In this document: positions 1 through 8,773 of the stretch, in pieces
How the letters are laid out: each line of letters starts with the position of its first letter
Numbering within the stretch: the first letter of the stretch is position 1
IMG/VR virus record: IMGVR_UViG_3300045988_166055
Location: 79,505-143,504 of that record
Length of the DNA: 64,000 bases
Direction: 5' to 3' (one strand)
Source: a virus
Made by a program: the position numbers and the translations under genes
The notes under the pieces: model-generated
Databases searched by the model: none
Told to the model about the DNA's origin: nothing
Seen by the model: the letters and a program-made list of their open reading frames with translations, nothing else

Positions 1-166
1 AGTTGAATATCTTTCTCAGCTTCCAAATACAGAAGAAGGCGCTAAGAAAGCTGCAGATGTCTTTGTAAGATGCTATGAAAGACCTGCAAACATGGATTAT
101 CAATCTTCTAAGCGTCAAGGCTTTGCATCAGACTTCTGGAAGAAACTGACACCAATATTGAGGTAG
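1..166 (+). CDS. 3' end of a tail-associated lysozyme-like gene (5' part lies outside the window)
   Basis: The frame is open from the window edge to TAG at 164-166. The C-terminal ...VFVRCYERPANMDYQSSKRQGFASDFWKK resembles the end of phage tail-lysozyme domains. It sits directly upstream of the baseplate genes. Confidence 0.3.
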   Translation, partial: VEYLSQLPNTEEGAKKAADVFVRCYERPANMDYQSSKRQGFASDFWKKLTPILR

Positions 167-173
167 ATGAATT

Positions 174-473
174 ATGATAGTATACGGATACGCAATGAAC
201 TATCAATATACAAACGAGGGAACAATGCTCATTCAAGTAAGGATTCCTGCTATACATGGTCCTATGAATAAGAAGGAATACAAGGGTGCTAACATACGAA
301 ATTACGTTAATGAGGAAAACCTCCCTTGGTATCAATCATTGTTATTGCCTAACAATCCATTAAGAGGTCAAGTAGTTGCATTATCATCACTAAATGATAC
401 TCCAAATGATTTTCTTGTTCTAGGATTAACTGGTGGGCAGTATTCACCTGCAGGATTGAATACTATTGATTGA
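174..473 (+). CDS. baseplate hub/spike OB-fold protein (gpV / Mu gp45 / T4 gp5 N-domain-like)
   Basis: The pattern VRIPAIHG...LPW...P..G..V is typical of gpV-type baseplate spike proteins. It is followed by gp25-like and J-like genes. Confidence 0.45.
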   Translation: MIVYGYAMNYQYTNEGTMLIQVRIPAIHGPMNKKEYKGANIRNYVNEENLPWYQSLLLPNNPLRGQVVALSSLNDTPNDFLVLGLTGGQYSPAGLNTID

Positions 474-484
474 GGTGAATTAAG

Positions 485-922
485 ATGTATACAAATTCAT
501 TAGCTTGGCCGTCAATGTTTGATGTTGCTAGAAACAAAGTTTCTGTTATAGAAGATAATCAATCAGTTGTAAATAGGTCAAAGCTCTTAATATTAACTGA
601 TCCAACTGAGTTATATATGAATCCAAATTTTGGAGTAGGATTGAAAAAGTACTTATGGCAGTACAACACAGCCAATCAGAAAGAAAGAATAAAAGACGAT
701 ATAGTTTCTCAACTTAGATTACATGAACCGTGTTCAATTCCTGAAGAAACTCAGATTTCAGAAGGCCTCTTGTTTACAGGAACATCTGATGTAGAAACAA
801 CAAAAGATACTCAGCAGTCACTGAAGATGACTTTAGCAATAAAAACAACATATGGATCTACACTAAATATTGATACAGCTGATTTGCAATCAATAGTAGA
901 TTATTTCAATTCGTTGACATGA
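485..922 (+). CDS. baseplate wedge protein, gp25/gpW-like
   Basis: LLILTDPTELYMNPNFGVGLKKYLWQYN...IVSQLRLHEP matches the GPW/gp25 signature (I..IL.T..GE....P.FG..L....). Confidence 0.6.
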   Translation: MYTNSLAWPSMFDVARNKVSVIEDNQSVVNRSKLLILTDPTELYMNPNFGVGLKKYLWQYNTANQKERIKDDIVSQLRLHEPCSIPEETQISEGLLFTGTSDVETTKDTQQSLKMTLAIKTTYGSTLNIDTADLQSIVDYFNSLT

Positions 923-940
923 CGAAGGAGGATACATCAA

Positions 941-2824
941 ATGGCGGAAAATGGGCTCATAAGTTACACATCAAGAGATTATAATTCTCTTGTAAATGAA
1001 TTTTGGTCTTTGGTTCCAAAACTAACAGAACTTTGGAAACCCGAAGCTGATGCGGATCCAGGTGTTGTGCTTGGAAAGTATCTCGCTTCTGTTGCTGATA
1101 TGCTTGGTGTCAATCTAGACTTTATGGCGAATGAAGTATTTGCTCCTTCAGTTTCTCAACGAAAAAACGCTGAGAAACTTTTCAGTTTGATTGGATATGA
1201 ATTAGGATTCTATACAGCTGCAAGAACAGAAGTAACTTTCACAAATACTTCTAATGAAACAATGACAATTGATTTTGGATTCAACGGAAGTAACTTCTGC
1301 ACTCTTAACGCTTATACAGATATTACAAATCAATCTAGAGTAATAACATACAATATTCTCCCTCTTACAAATAAGTATGGTACAAAGGAAACAAGAAGTC
1401 AGCGAACTGTACTTACTGAAAATATAAATGTGTTTGTTGATTCAGATATTGTTCATCTTGATCCAGGCGAAAGCTGCACAAGAGTAGCAATAGAGGGAGA
1501 GCTTCGTAGTTATAGTGTTTCGGTAGAAAAAATAAAGTCAAGTAACTACATAATAAAGCTTCCGTCGCAGCACATTGATACAACAGCTATTTGGGTGAAA
1601 GCAAAGACAAGCCAAAATGCAGATGATTTCTTGTCTACTCAGTGGATTCAATGCAACAGCCCTGCAGAATTTATTCAGCCTGAACCTAGATTCTCAGTAA
1701 CATATGATAATTATTCAAATGCACAGATTCAATTCTCAAACTATCTTAACCAGCTTGAGAACTATGATAAAAACTGGATAACTATTTATTGGATTGACTG
1801 CTCAGGTGTAATTGGATGCGTAGGTGAAAATGTTTTACAAGATTTCATGCCTGCAAAATCTGGGCAATATATTGATAGCGACTCAGGTGAATTTTCTATA
1901 TCAAACTTATCAAATACTGTTGAGCTGCCTCATAGCTATACAGTAACAGGTAAGAGCCCTGAGACAGCTCGTGAAGCGTATTTCAACAGCAGAAACTATA
2001 TCAATACCTTTGACAGCTTAGTAACACTTCCCGACTTCAACAGATTTCTTAATAGAGAACCTGGAGTAGACTGCGGAGTTGTAATTGACTGTCAGAAAGC
2101 GCTTGAAATAAATCTTGCTATATACAATGATAAGAATCTAACAGATTCACAGAAGTCTAAGATGTATCTAACAAAGTATGATTTCCCTGAAGGAGATCCA
2201 ACACTTGATTGGAATTCAGTACTTGGGCTTGGGTTTGATCCATCTGATCCAAACAAGTTTGTATTTGCAACAAACTTCAAGAGGTACACAGCAATGTGCT
2301 TTGCAATACATAATGATTTCTTATCGAGTAATTACGGTTCAGGGCAGATGAATAACTCTCAGATAAAGAGGAAGACAAACTTCATTCAGTATAAACCGCC
2401 TATTCAGTTCATTGATAATGTTGTAAGAGATTACAAACCGCTGCAAGCAATGACAGTTGATCTTCAGTTTGGCTGGTTAAGAATATTTAACTTCTATATT
2501 GTTGGAACAATAACACCTAAGAAGTCTCTTGACAAGGATACAGCAGCTGTTATCATCAACAAGGTCAAAGAGAACCTTGCAATTTACTTCTCTCCAGCAA
2601 ATAGAAATATCGGAGTCAAACCTACACTAATGGAAATTATAGATGTAGTTGAAAATAGCGATTCTAGAATAAGACATTTTGATCCAGGCAGTGCAAAGAC
2701 ATTGGGCATTGTTTGGTCTGATTGTGACATTGAATATTTTAACTACATCAGCTTTGCTAGATATACACCAGATGTAGCATCAGCAATGGCAATAAGGATA
2801 AATCCTGAGTATCTAAGTAATTAA
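941..2824 (+). CDS. baseplate J-like protein (T4 gp6 / P2 gpJ family)
   Basis: The N-terminus (SRDYNSLVNEFWSLVPKLTELWKPEADADPGVVLGKYLASVADMLGVNLDFMANE) is the classic baseplate-J start. It is 627 aa with an AGGAGG RBS. Confidence 0.7.
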   Translation: MAENGLISYTSRDYNSLVNEFWSLVPKLTELWKPEADADPGVVLGKYLASVADMLGVNLDFMANEVFAPSVSQRKNAEKLFSLIGYELGFYTAARTEVTFTNTSNETMTIDFGFNGSNFCTLNAYTDITNQSRVITYNILPLTNKYGTKETRSQRTVLTENINVFVDSDIVHLDPGESCTRVAIEGELRSYSVSVEKIKSSNYIIKLPSQHIDTTAIWVKAKTSQNADDFLSTQWIQCNSPAEFIQPEPRFSVTYDNYSNAQIQFSNYLNQLENYDKNWITIYWIDCSGVIGCVGENVLQDFMPAKSGQYIDSDSGEFSISNLSNTVELPHSYTVTGKSPETAREAYFNSRNYINTFDSLVTLPDFNRFLNREPGVDCGVVIDCQKALEINLAIYNDKNLTDSQKSKMYLTKYDFPEGDPTLDWNSVLGLGFDPSDPNKFVFATNFKRYTAMCFAIHNDFLSSNYGSGQMNNSQIKRKTNFIQYKPPIQFIDNVVRDYKPLQAMTVDLQFGWLRIFNFYIVGTITPKKSLDKDTAAVIINKVKENLAIYFSPANRNIGVKPTLMEIIDVVENSDSRIRHFDPGSAKTLGIVWSDCDIEYFNYISFARYTPDVASAMAIRINPEYLSN

Positions 2825-2838
2825 GGAGGAATTGATCT

Positions 2839-3957
2839 ATGGACATGAAAAATGTTTCTGTCCCCGAAGTTTATAAGTCCAGTCAGGACTTCAGATTCTT
2901 CCTAGATTGGTTTGAAAAAGCACTAGGTCAGATAAAGTATGACACAGAAAATCTAATTGACTGCTTTGATCCACTAAGATGCAAAGAGGATCTCTTGTGG
3001 TTACTTGGTGACACCATAGGATTCAAATATGATGATAGATTATCAGCAGCATATAACCGTCTTGTTATGCTCTATTTCATGTCTATGATAAAGAACAAGG
3101 GATCTAAAGATGGAGTAACATTAGCTGCGGAAGTCAATCTTGCACAATTTAGTGTAATAAATTACGGGAAAGAAAAGGACATTCTTCAAAACAGACTGGA
3201 AGATACTTCTATTCCTGTAAATGCTGTTTATGTATCTAGCGATGTAGAAAATGGGTTCATTGATATAGTTTATTTTACATCAAACGATGTTCCAATTGAC
3301 GCTTGTATAGAGTATGTAAGGCCATTAGGTATGTACTGCTTCCAGCATTCAGGTGTTAGGTTCGACGGAAGAACAAAAATATCAATTGATGCAAGACTTA
3401 CAAATGAGAATGAGAAAAGTAAACTTTCTAACTTTGTTACTCATGTAGGACATTACAGTAGAAATGATTATGCAAGAATGCAGAAGATGAAAAACGAATA
3501 TCTTCACGAAGTTAACAAAGACGATAAAAGAAGGTACGCATGGTACCGAAATTCTGATGTTGAAGATAGACCAGATGAAGAAATTGATCCAGGGTACAGA
3601 TCTCTTTATTCGCTTCAGATGGCCAACAACGAACACATAGTTAAGTCACTGCTTGAACCTATATTTGGTCTAGGTAAGGAACCGCTCAAGGTAGAAACTA
3701 CTGTACCTGATAATTATGTTATAAGTAATGATGAGCCTCCTTACAATCTAAGATATGATAAAGATAAAGAAGAATCAGTTTCAAAGGATATTTATACAAT
3801 TGATCAAGATCGATCTGAAAATATCCTCAATCCTCGTCCTGCTGTAAGCCCTATAATGTCCGAGCTAGGTTCAGCAGTTTTCTTAGACGATGGAAAGACA
3901 TATCTTGTTAGGGATGAAAATGGAAACATAATTAAGAAAACACTTCCAGAAGAATGA
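2839..3957 (+). CDS. baseplate wedge/tail protein I-like (P2 gpI-like)
   Basis: CFDPLRCKEDLLWLLGDTIGFKYD resembles the gpI motif. Its position immediately after the J-like gene fits. Confidence 0.45.
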   Translation: MDMKNVSVPEVYKSSQDFRFFLDWFEKALGQIKYDTENLIDCFDPLRCKEDLLWLLGDTIGFKYDDRLSAAYNRLVMLYFMSMIKNKGSKDGVTLAAEVNLAQFSVINYGKEKDILQNRLEDTSIPVNAVYVSSDVENGFIDIVYFTSNDVPIDACIEYVRPLGMYCFQHSGVRFDGRTKISIDARLTNENEKSKLSNFVTHVGHYSRNDYARMQKMKNEYLHEVNKDDKRRYAWYRNSDVEDRPDEEIDPGYRSLYSLQMANNEHIVKSLLEPIFGLGKEPLKVETTVPDNYVISNDEPPYNLRYDKDKEESVSKDIYTIDQDRSENILNPRPAVSPIMSELGSAVFLDDGKTYLVRDENGNIIKKTLPEE

Positions 3958-3960
3958 TGA

Positions 3961-3978
3961 GAACCTTGTATCTTTATG
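3961..3978 (+). promoter_or_regulatory. class-2 promoter-like box (AACCTTRTAT family)
   Basis: GAACCTTGTATCTTTATG is intergenic, 14-40 nt upstream of the next start codon. It is one of 8 copies. Confidence 0.45.
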
Positions 3979-3991
3979 AATCTTAAAGGAT

Positions 3992-4246
3992 GTGATTTCA
4001 TTGGCTGAAGATATCAAACGGATGGGAAATGGTCCGTGGAAGGAAGCTTCAGATGAAGATGTAGCTAAAGACGAAAAAGGATTTACAATGCCAAATCTTC
4101 ACAGAAGATTAGATCCTCAACAGCCTACGTCTTTATATGAAGTAGCTCCCAGAGAATATCAAATAGGTGTATACGAAAAAGATTCATACAGAACAACAAC
4201 AATAAATACTCATGATGAAGAATCTGAGTATGATGAGATTCCATAA
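3992..4246 (+). CDS. hypothetical small protein (start uncertain: GTG 3992, TTG 4001 or ATG 4021)
   Basis: ORF track entry that follows a class-2 box. Confidence 0.4.
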   Translation: MISLAEDIKRMGNGPWKEASDEDVAKDEKGFTMPNLHRRLDPQQPTSLYEVAPREYQIGVYEKDSYRTTTINTHDEESEYDEIP

Positions 4247-4258
4247 GGAGATGATTAC

Positions 4259-5461
4259 TTGGATCAGCTTAAGAAAGTTGCAAAACAAATACCTATAAGA
4301 CACAATGTATCTATCCGAGTAATTGATCCTACTTCCGGAAATGTTGTATCCGAGCATACAGGTCACAATGCTGCAACTAATTCATTAGTTACCGGAATTG
4401 CTCACTACTTAAAGGGCGACGGTGTCCTTAACCAAGGGTATCATATGCTAAGTTCGTATGTCCCAATGTACATATCATTAGGTACAATGGGATTGATAAA
4501 TCAAGAATCAGATTCTGAAGGGCTTCCGTCAGGTCTAGGAGTTATAAGCTATAAAGATAAGTATCCAAATGATCCAGATCTAGAGGAAGCAAACAGATTT
4601 GTTGATTATCTAACACAGACTCCTGGATACGGTGCAGACGGATACGACCCAAATGAAAATAATGGTCGAGAATATCTAGGTCTAGGTCCTGTGTTCGAAA
4701 AAAGAGTGCATAAAGAAATAAAACAAGAAATCCTACAGATTGGTGATATAAACTTTGATGGTAAAGTAGACTATCAAGATGTTATGCTACTAGTTGATTA
4801 CAATTGCGGTGTTAAACAGCTTTCTGAAAAGCAACTTTTCGTTGCTCAAGCAGACGAAAACGGATCTGTATCTTGTGAAACTGTTCAGAAGGTAAAAGAT
4901 TGTGCAGAAGGAAAGATACTTCCATCCGAACTAGGTACAGCTATTTATCAGCCTAAGAGTGCTCCAACAGTAAATTGCGAGCTTATATCTGAATCATTTC
5001 CAAGAGCTAAAATTGCATTCAGAGATATTGTACCTGAAACGGAAGCAGAATTTCCTCAAACAGTTGATGTTGTGTATAGTGCAATGATATCTACAGGAGC
5101 ACTTTCGCAATTTAGAGAAACAGATAAGGATTATATCTACATTACAGAGGCTGGTCTTTGGTCTAAGCCTGATTGGTCAGACGGAGGCGACAACGGATTG
5201 CTTGCCGGTTACAGAATATCTCCTCCTAACTCTAACAATTGGAAGATGGCTGAATGGGATACACAGAGACATGTTTATTTTGATTCACCAGAATGCAAAG
5301 AAAACAGACGAATTCTAAAACAAAATATAATCAAAGTTAAACGAAATCAAATAGTACAAGTTGTGTGGAAGATACAGATAGGCGGAATGGATCAGCTTGG
5401 AGGAATAATGAGCCTGTACCCGCACTACTCACCGACTCTTAAATGGATAAATTGGGAATAA
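4259..5461 (+). CDS. virion (baseplate-proximal) protein carrying a dockerin-like module
   Basis: TTG start 8 nt after AAGGAG. Residues encoded at about 4742-4900 (GDINFDGKVDYQDVMLLVDYNCG...ADENGSVSCETVQKV) form a duplicated EF-hand-like dockerin type I pattern. Confidence 0.55.
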   Translation: MDQLKKVAKQIPIRHNVSIRVIDPTSGNVVSEHTGHNAATNSLVTGIAHYLKGDGVLNQGYHMLSSYVPMYISLGTMGLINQESDSEGLPSGLGVISYKDKYPNDPDLEEANRFVDYLTQTPGYGADGYDPNENNGREYLGLGPVFEKRVHKEIKQEILQIGDINFDGKVDYQDVMLLVDYNCGVKQLSEKQLFVAQADENGSVSCETVQKVKDCAEGKILPSELGTAIYQPKSAPTVNCELISESFPRAKIAFRDIVPETEAEFPQTVDVVYSAMISTGALSQFRETDKDYIYITEAGLWSKPDWSDGGDNGLLAGYRISPPNSNNWKMAEWDTQRHVYFDSPECKENRRILKQNIIKVKRNQIVQVVWKIQIGGMDQLGGIMSLYPHYSPTLKWINWE

Positions 5462-5464
5462 GGA

Positions 5465-5851
5465 GTGATAGATTTGAAGAAGGTAATACATGCTGCTGAA
5501 GAAGAATACAGTCAGATTCTATTTACTCCTTCATCTCTAGTTGATTTCTTAACTCAAGTAGACGAGCTTAAAGATGTCAACATAGGCGTAAATGATGACG
5601 GAGAAAATGTTTCAATCTCTATCGGGGATTCAACATATCAAATAAATCCTAAGTCAGTTACAAATATTGATGTATCTGATGATGATCTAGATCAAGCTTG
5701 TCAAGCGAACGAAAGTAATTATGACGAGCTTGAAGAGTCAGGTTCAATTGAAGTGAATGATTCAGTTGAATCGGGAATCATAAAACAGCTATTAAAGACC
5801 TTAGCAATAGGCGGAATAGTACGTTTAGCTGCTAAGGAATTGAAAAATTGA
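5465..5851 (+). CDS. hypothetical acidic protein
   Basis: GTG start after AAGGAG. It is 128 aa and its stop overlaps the next ORF. Confidence 0.5.
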   Translation: MIDLKKVIHAAEEEYSQILFTPSSLVDFLTQVDELKDVNIGVNDDGENVSISIGDSTYQINPKSVTNIDVSDDDLDQACQANESNYDELEESGSIEVNDSVESGIIKQLLKTLAIGGIVRLAAKELKN

Positions 5852-5862
5852 GGTATTGGAAT

Positions 5863-7248
5863 ATGAAAGATACTAGAAAGAAGATTGTATCTGATATAGA
5901 ATCAGAAAAGCCCAAGAACCCTGTCATTGGAATATTTGAAGGTGAGTGTGCTGATTCAAACATAACAAATGAGAATGGACTAGATATAACTAGACCTGTA
6001 TGGGAAAACATATTTAGTTCTGAATCGTATCAGCAAGCTATTGAACTTGGATGGTACATAGGATTCCTAGGACATCCCGATGATCCTGGATGTATGGACT
6101 TCCGAAATGCTTGTATTGTAATGACAGAAGGACATATAGATGATAACGGAAAAGTATATGGTAAATTTAATCTGATTGATACTCCTGTTGGTAGGACAGT
6201 TAAAACATTCATAGACGCAGGTGTAACATTCGGAATTTCTGTAAGAGGCGCAGGGGACATTGTAAACAATTCTGTTGATCCTGATACATTTGTATTTAGA
6301 GGATTTGACCTTGTATCGTTTCCTGCGTTTCCTGAAAGCATCCCTACTTTTACATCGATTGCAGCTTCTAGCGATGTAGAGTCCCAGAAGAAGTATAAAG
6401 CAATTTGTGCAGCAGTTAAAGAGAATCTACCTAACATTGATAGCTGCGAAGCTATTGATATTCTACAGTGTCAGTTTGCTGAACAGTCTGATGAATATAA
6501 AGCTTTAGAAGACAGAAAGAAAGAAATAAAAGGATGTAATTTAACTGACGATGATTTAAGTGAATGCGATGATGTAGACATTACAAAAGATAAAGTAGAG
6601 TCAATGACAAAACTTTATCTAGAACAGGTAGAAGCAAACAATCATCTGAAGAAAGAAAATCAAATTCTTTCAAGTAAATTAGCTTCAAACGAAATTGAAG
6701 CAAGACGAAAGATTTCTTCTATTAGTAGAATAACAGCAGATCAGATAAAATGTGCAACAGATGCAAAGGATGCTGCAGAGAAAAGATGCAAGCAATTAGT
6801 TGCAGCGTCAATCAGAATGAAAGAGACGATTTCGCAAGAAAGATCAAACAACCTTAAATATCTACAGAAGATAAGCGAAAGCAAGAATATTGTTGATTCT
6901 AAGGATTCTTTAATTTCTTCTCTAAAAACCAGACTCAATGAAACCGTCAATGCTTCTGCTAATGTAGAGAGAAGAACTTCAAACCTTGACGAACAGTTAA
7001 AGCGATCCAAGGCTGAAATAGTAGCTTGCAAAAAGATGCTTAAAGATTATCAGGATGCTTATGCAGAACTGTATTCGCAAGCAGTTGGAGCTGATCTTCA
7101 GAAGGTTAAAGTAACTGAATCAACAAGTGTAGCTTCACTTCGTTCTGCTATTACAAGCTCAATAAGTAGAAAACCATCCTCTATTAGAGAGCCTGAAGAA
7201 ATTGATGTAGATGATTGTTACTTTGACGATGACATGGTAACTATTTAA
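5863..7248 (+). CDS. prohead core protease (T4 gp21-like) fused to a coiled-coil scaffold-like C-terminal half
   Basis: GFLGHPDDPG and GISVRGAGD match the His and Ser motifs (GEL.HP / GVS.RG.G) of gp21-type proteases. The C-terminal 250 aa are heptad-rich. ATG 5863 has a GAGG RBS, and the gene lies just upstream of the capsid gene. Confidence 0.6.
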   Translation: MKDTRKKIVSDIESEKPKNPVIGIFEGECADSNITNENGLDITRPVWENIFSSESYQQAIELGWYIGFLGHPDDPGCMDFRNACIVMTEGHIDDNGKVYGKFNLIDTPVGRTVKTFIDAGVTFGISVRGAGDIVNNSVDPDTFVFRGFDLVSFPAFPESIPTFTSIAASSDVESQKKYKAICAAVKENLPNIDSCEAIDILQCQFAEQSDEYKALEDRKKEIKGCNLTDDDLSECDDVDITKDKVESMTKLYLEQVEANNHLKKENQILSSKLASNEIEARRKISSISRITADQIKCATDAKDAAEKRCKQLVAASIRMKETISQERSNNLKYLQKISESKNIVDSKDSLISSLKTRLNETVNASANVERRTSNLDEQLKRSKAEIVACKKMLKDYQDAYAELYSQAVGADLQKVKVTESTSVASLRSAITSSISRKPSSIREPEEIDVDDCYFDDDMVTI

Positions 7249-7279
7249 TTACAAATTTTATATAGGAGAGTGTTTCAAT

Positions 7280-8647
7280 ATGATCACTAAGCGTTCCACT
7301 GCTCCTGCCCGCAGACCTGTCACTGCCGGTCAGAGCATTACTTCTGGCGTTCGTAATCGTAACGCTTCCGCTATTAAGTCCTCAGTAAATCTTACTCCGT
7401 CACAGAGAATGTTCGCTAATCAGATCGCTCGTAACTGTAGAAAGCCTGGCGCTATCATGGCAGCTACAAATACATCAAACATCATGGCTCGTCCCGACTT
7501 CCTGGACCTGCTGCCTGTGTTTGTTCAGAAGCTGATTGTAACTGACATCTTCGGTTCCGTTGCGATGCGTTCTCGTCAGCAGCTGGTTCCTTACTTCAAG
7601 TTCATTGCTGAGAACACTAAGGGAGAGACCAAGTCTGGTACCGTTATGTCTTCTCCGTTTGCTAACCGCCAGGGCGTTGATCCTAACTTTACTGGTCGGG
7701 TAGTAAAGAACGAAGAGGTTGACGGTCAGCTGATGTATACTCCTGTTCTGCCTGGCACTGTTACCATTAAGAGCGCTCAGGGAGTATTCGTTGATAAGGG
7801 TGACGGCAAGCTGTACAAAGCCGATACTCAGGAAGAATCAGGAACCATTGATTATGCTACCGGCGAGATTGGCACCCTGACAGGTGACATGACTGCTACC
7901 TACCAGTACGACAATGAGACTGTTGGTCCTGACACCAATGGCCAGTACGGTGCTAAGATGGGTAAGGGTTACCTGCAGCTTGATGAGTTCAATCTGGTCG
8001 CTGAGGCCAAGGAGCTCGCTTGCTACTGGAGTATCTATTCTGCATTTGCTGCTCAGCAAGAATATGGTTCCAACATCGCTGACATGGCCAAGGAGGCCGC
8101 TGTTGGTGAGATCACTGCTGAAATCAACACCTCTTGCCTGGATATGCTGATGCAAGCAGCTTCTTACAAGCCTGCTTTCAACTGGGATGCTTCTCCTGTT
8201 CTGTCTGGTGCAGTTGTTCCTTCTGATTACCTGAACATGTTCAAGCTGAAGCTGGGTCAGGCTGCTGCTTCTATCTACCAGCAGACTCGCATGACTCGCC
8301 CGAACCGTCTAGTGGTAGGTACTACCGCAGCTGAGTACATCGGCATGATCAACGGCTTCAAGGGTGACAACATCGATGACACTGTTGGTCCTTACAAGTT
8401 CGGTACTCTTGACCAGTTCGAGATATATGTCAATCCTTCTTACGATCCTGATTCTTGGGTCATGTGCTGCAAGAGTAACGACATTAGAAAGAACACGGCT
8501 CTGTTCGGCGAGTATATGCCTATCACCAACACTGATGTGGTTGGTCTGGCTAACATGTCCGCGCAGCAAGGCTATGCCACAATGTACGCAAGCAAGGTCG
8601 TCAACCCTGCCACTTGCGTGAAGGGCAAGATCCTAGGCACTTTCTAA
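7280..8647 (+). CDS. major capsid protein
   Basis: The 455-aa ORF has markedly higher GC and strong codon bias, as expected for a highly expressed gene. It follows the protease/scaffold and ends at a strong terminator. The antisense and overlapping ORFs inside it are shadows. Confidence 0.7.
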   Translation: MITKRSTAPARRPVTAGQSITSGVRNRNASAIKSSVNLTPSQRMFANQIARNCRKPGAIMAATNTSNIMARPDFLDLLPVFVQKLIVTDIFGSVAMRSRQQLVPYFKFIAENTKGETKSGTVMSSPFANRQGVDPNFTGRVVKNEEVDGQLMYTPVLPGTVTIKSAQGVFVDKGDGKLYKADTQEESGTIDYATGEIGTLTGDMTATYQYDNETVGPDTNGQYGAKMGKGYLQLDEFNLVAEAKELACYWSIYSAFAAQQEYGSNIADMAKEAAVGEITAEINTSCLDMLMQAASYKPAFNWDASPVLSGAVVPSDYLNMFKLKLGQAAASIYQQTRMTRPNRLVVGTTAAEYIGMINGFKGDNIDDTVGPYKFGTLDQFEIYVNPSYDPDSWVMCCKSNDIRKNTALFGEYMPITNTDVVGLANMSAQQGYATMYASKVVNPATCVKGKILGTF

Positions 8648-8683
8648 TCCTTTTAAGGATACTAACTTCATCATTTATCACAG

Positions 8684-8715
8684 CCCGGTCTCGAAAGAGA
8701 CCGGGTTTATTTTTG
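8684..8715 (+). terminator. rho-independent terminator (GAAA tetraloop)
   Basis: CCCGGTCTC-GAAA-GAGACCGGG followed by TTTATTTTT. Confidence 0.85.
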
Positions 8716-8741
8716 TATTATTCTATATCATTTCTTTTTCA

Positions 8742-8757
8742 GAATCGTTATTGTAAT
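8742..8757 (+). promoter_or_regulatory. class-1 promoter-like box (ATCGTTAT family)
   Basis: GAATCGTTATTGTAAT, 17 nt upstream of ATG 8774. Confidence 0.55.
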
Positions 8758-8773
8758 TAAGAGGTGATACTAT

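Noticed and set aside
7838-8621. ORFs of 78-105 aa on both strands inside the major capsid gene (7838-8155 -, 7914-8150 +, 8309-8569 -, 8364-8621 +)
   Set aside because: They lie entirely within a strongly codon-biased, higher-GC gene, lack an RBS, and have low-complexity translations. They are shadow ORFs typical of GC-richer coding sequence.
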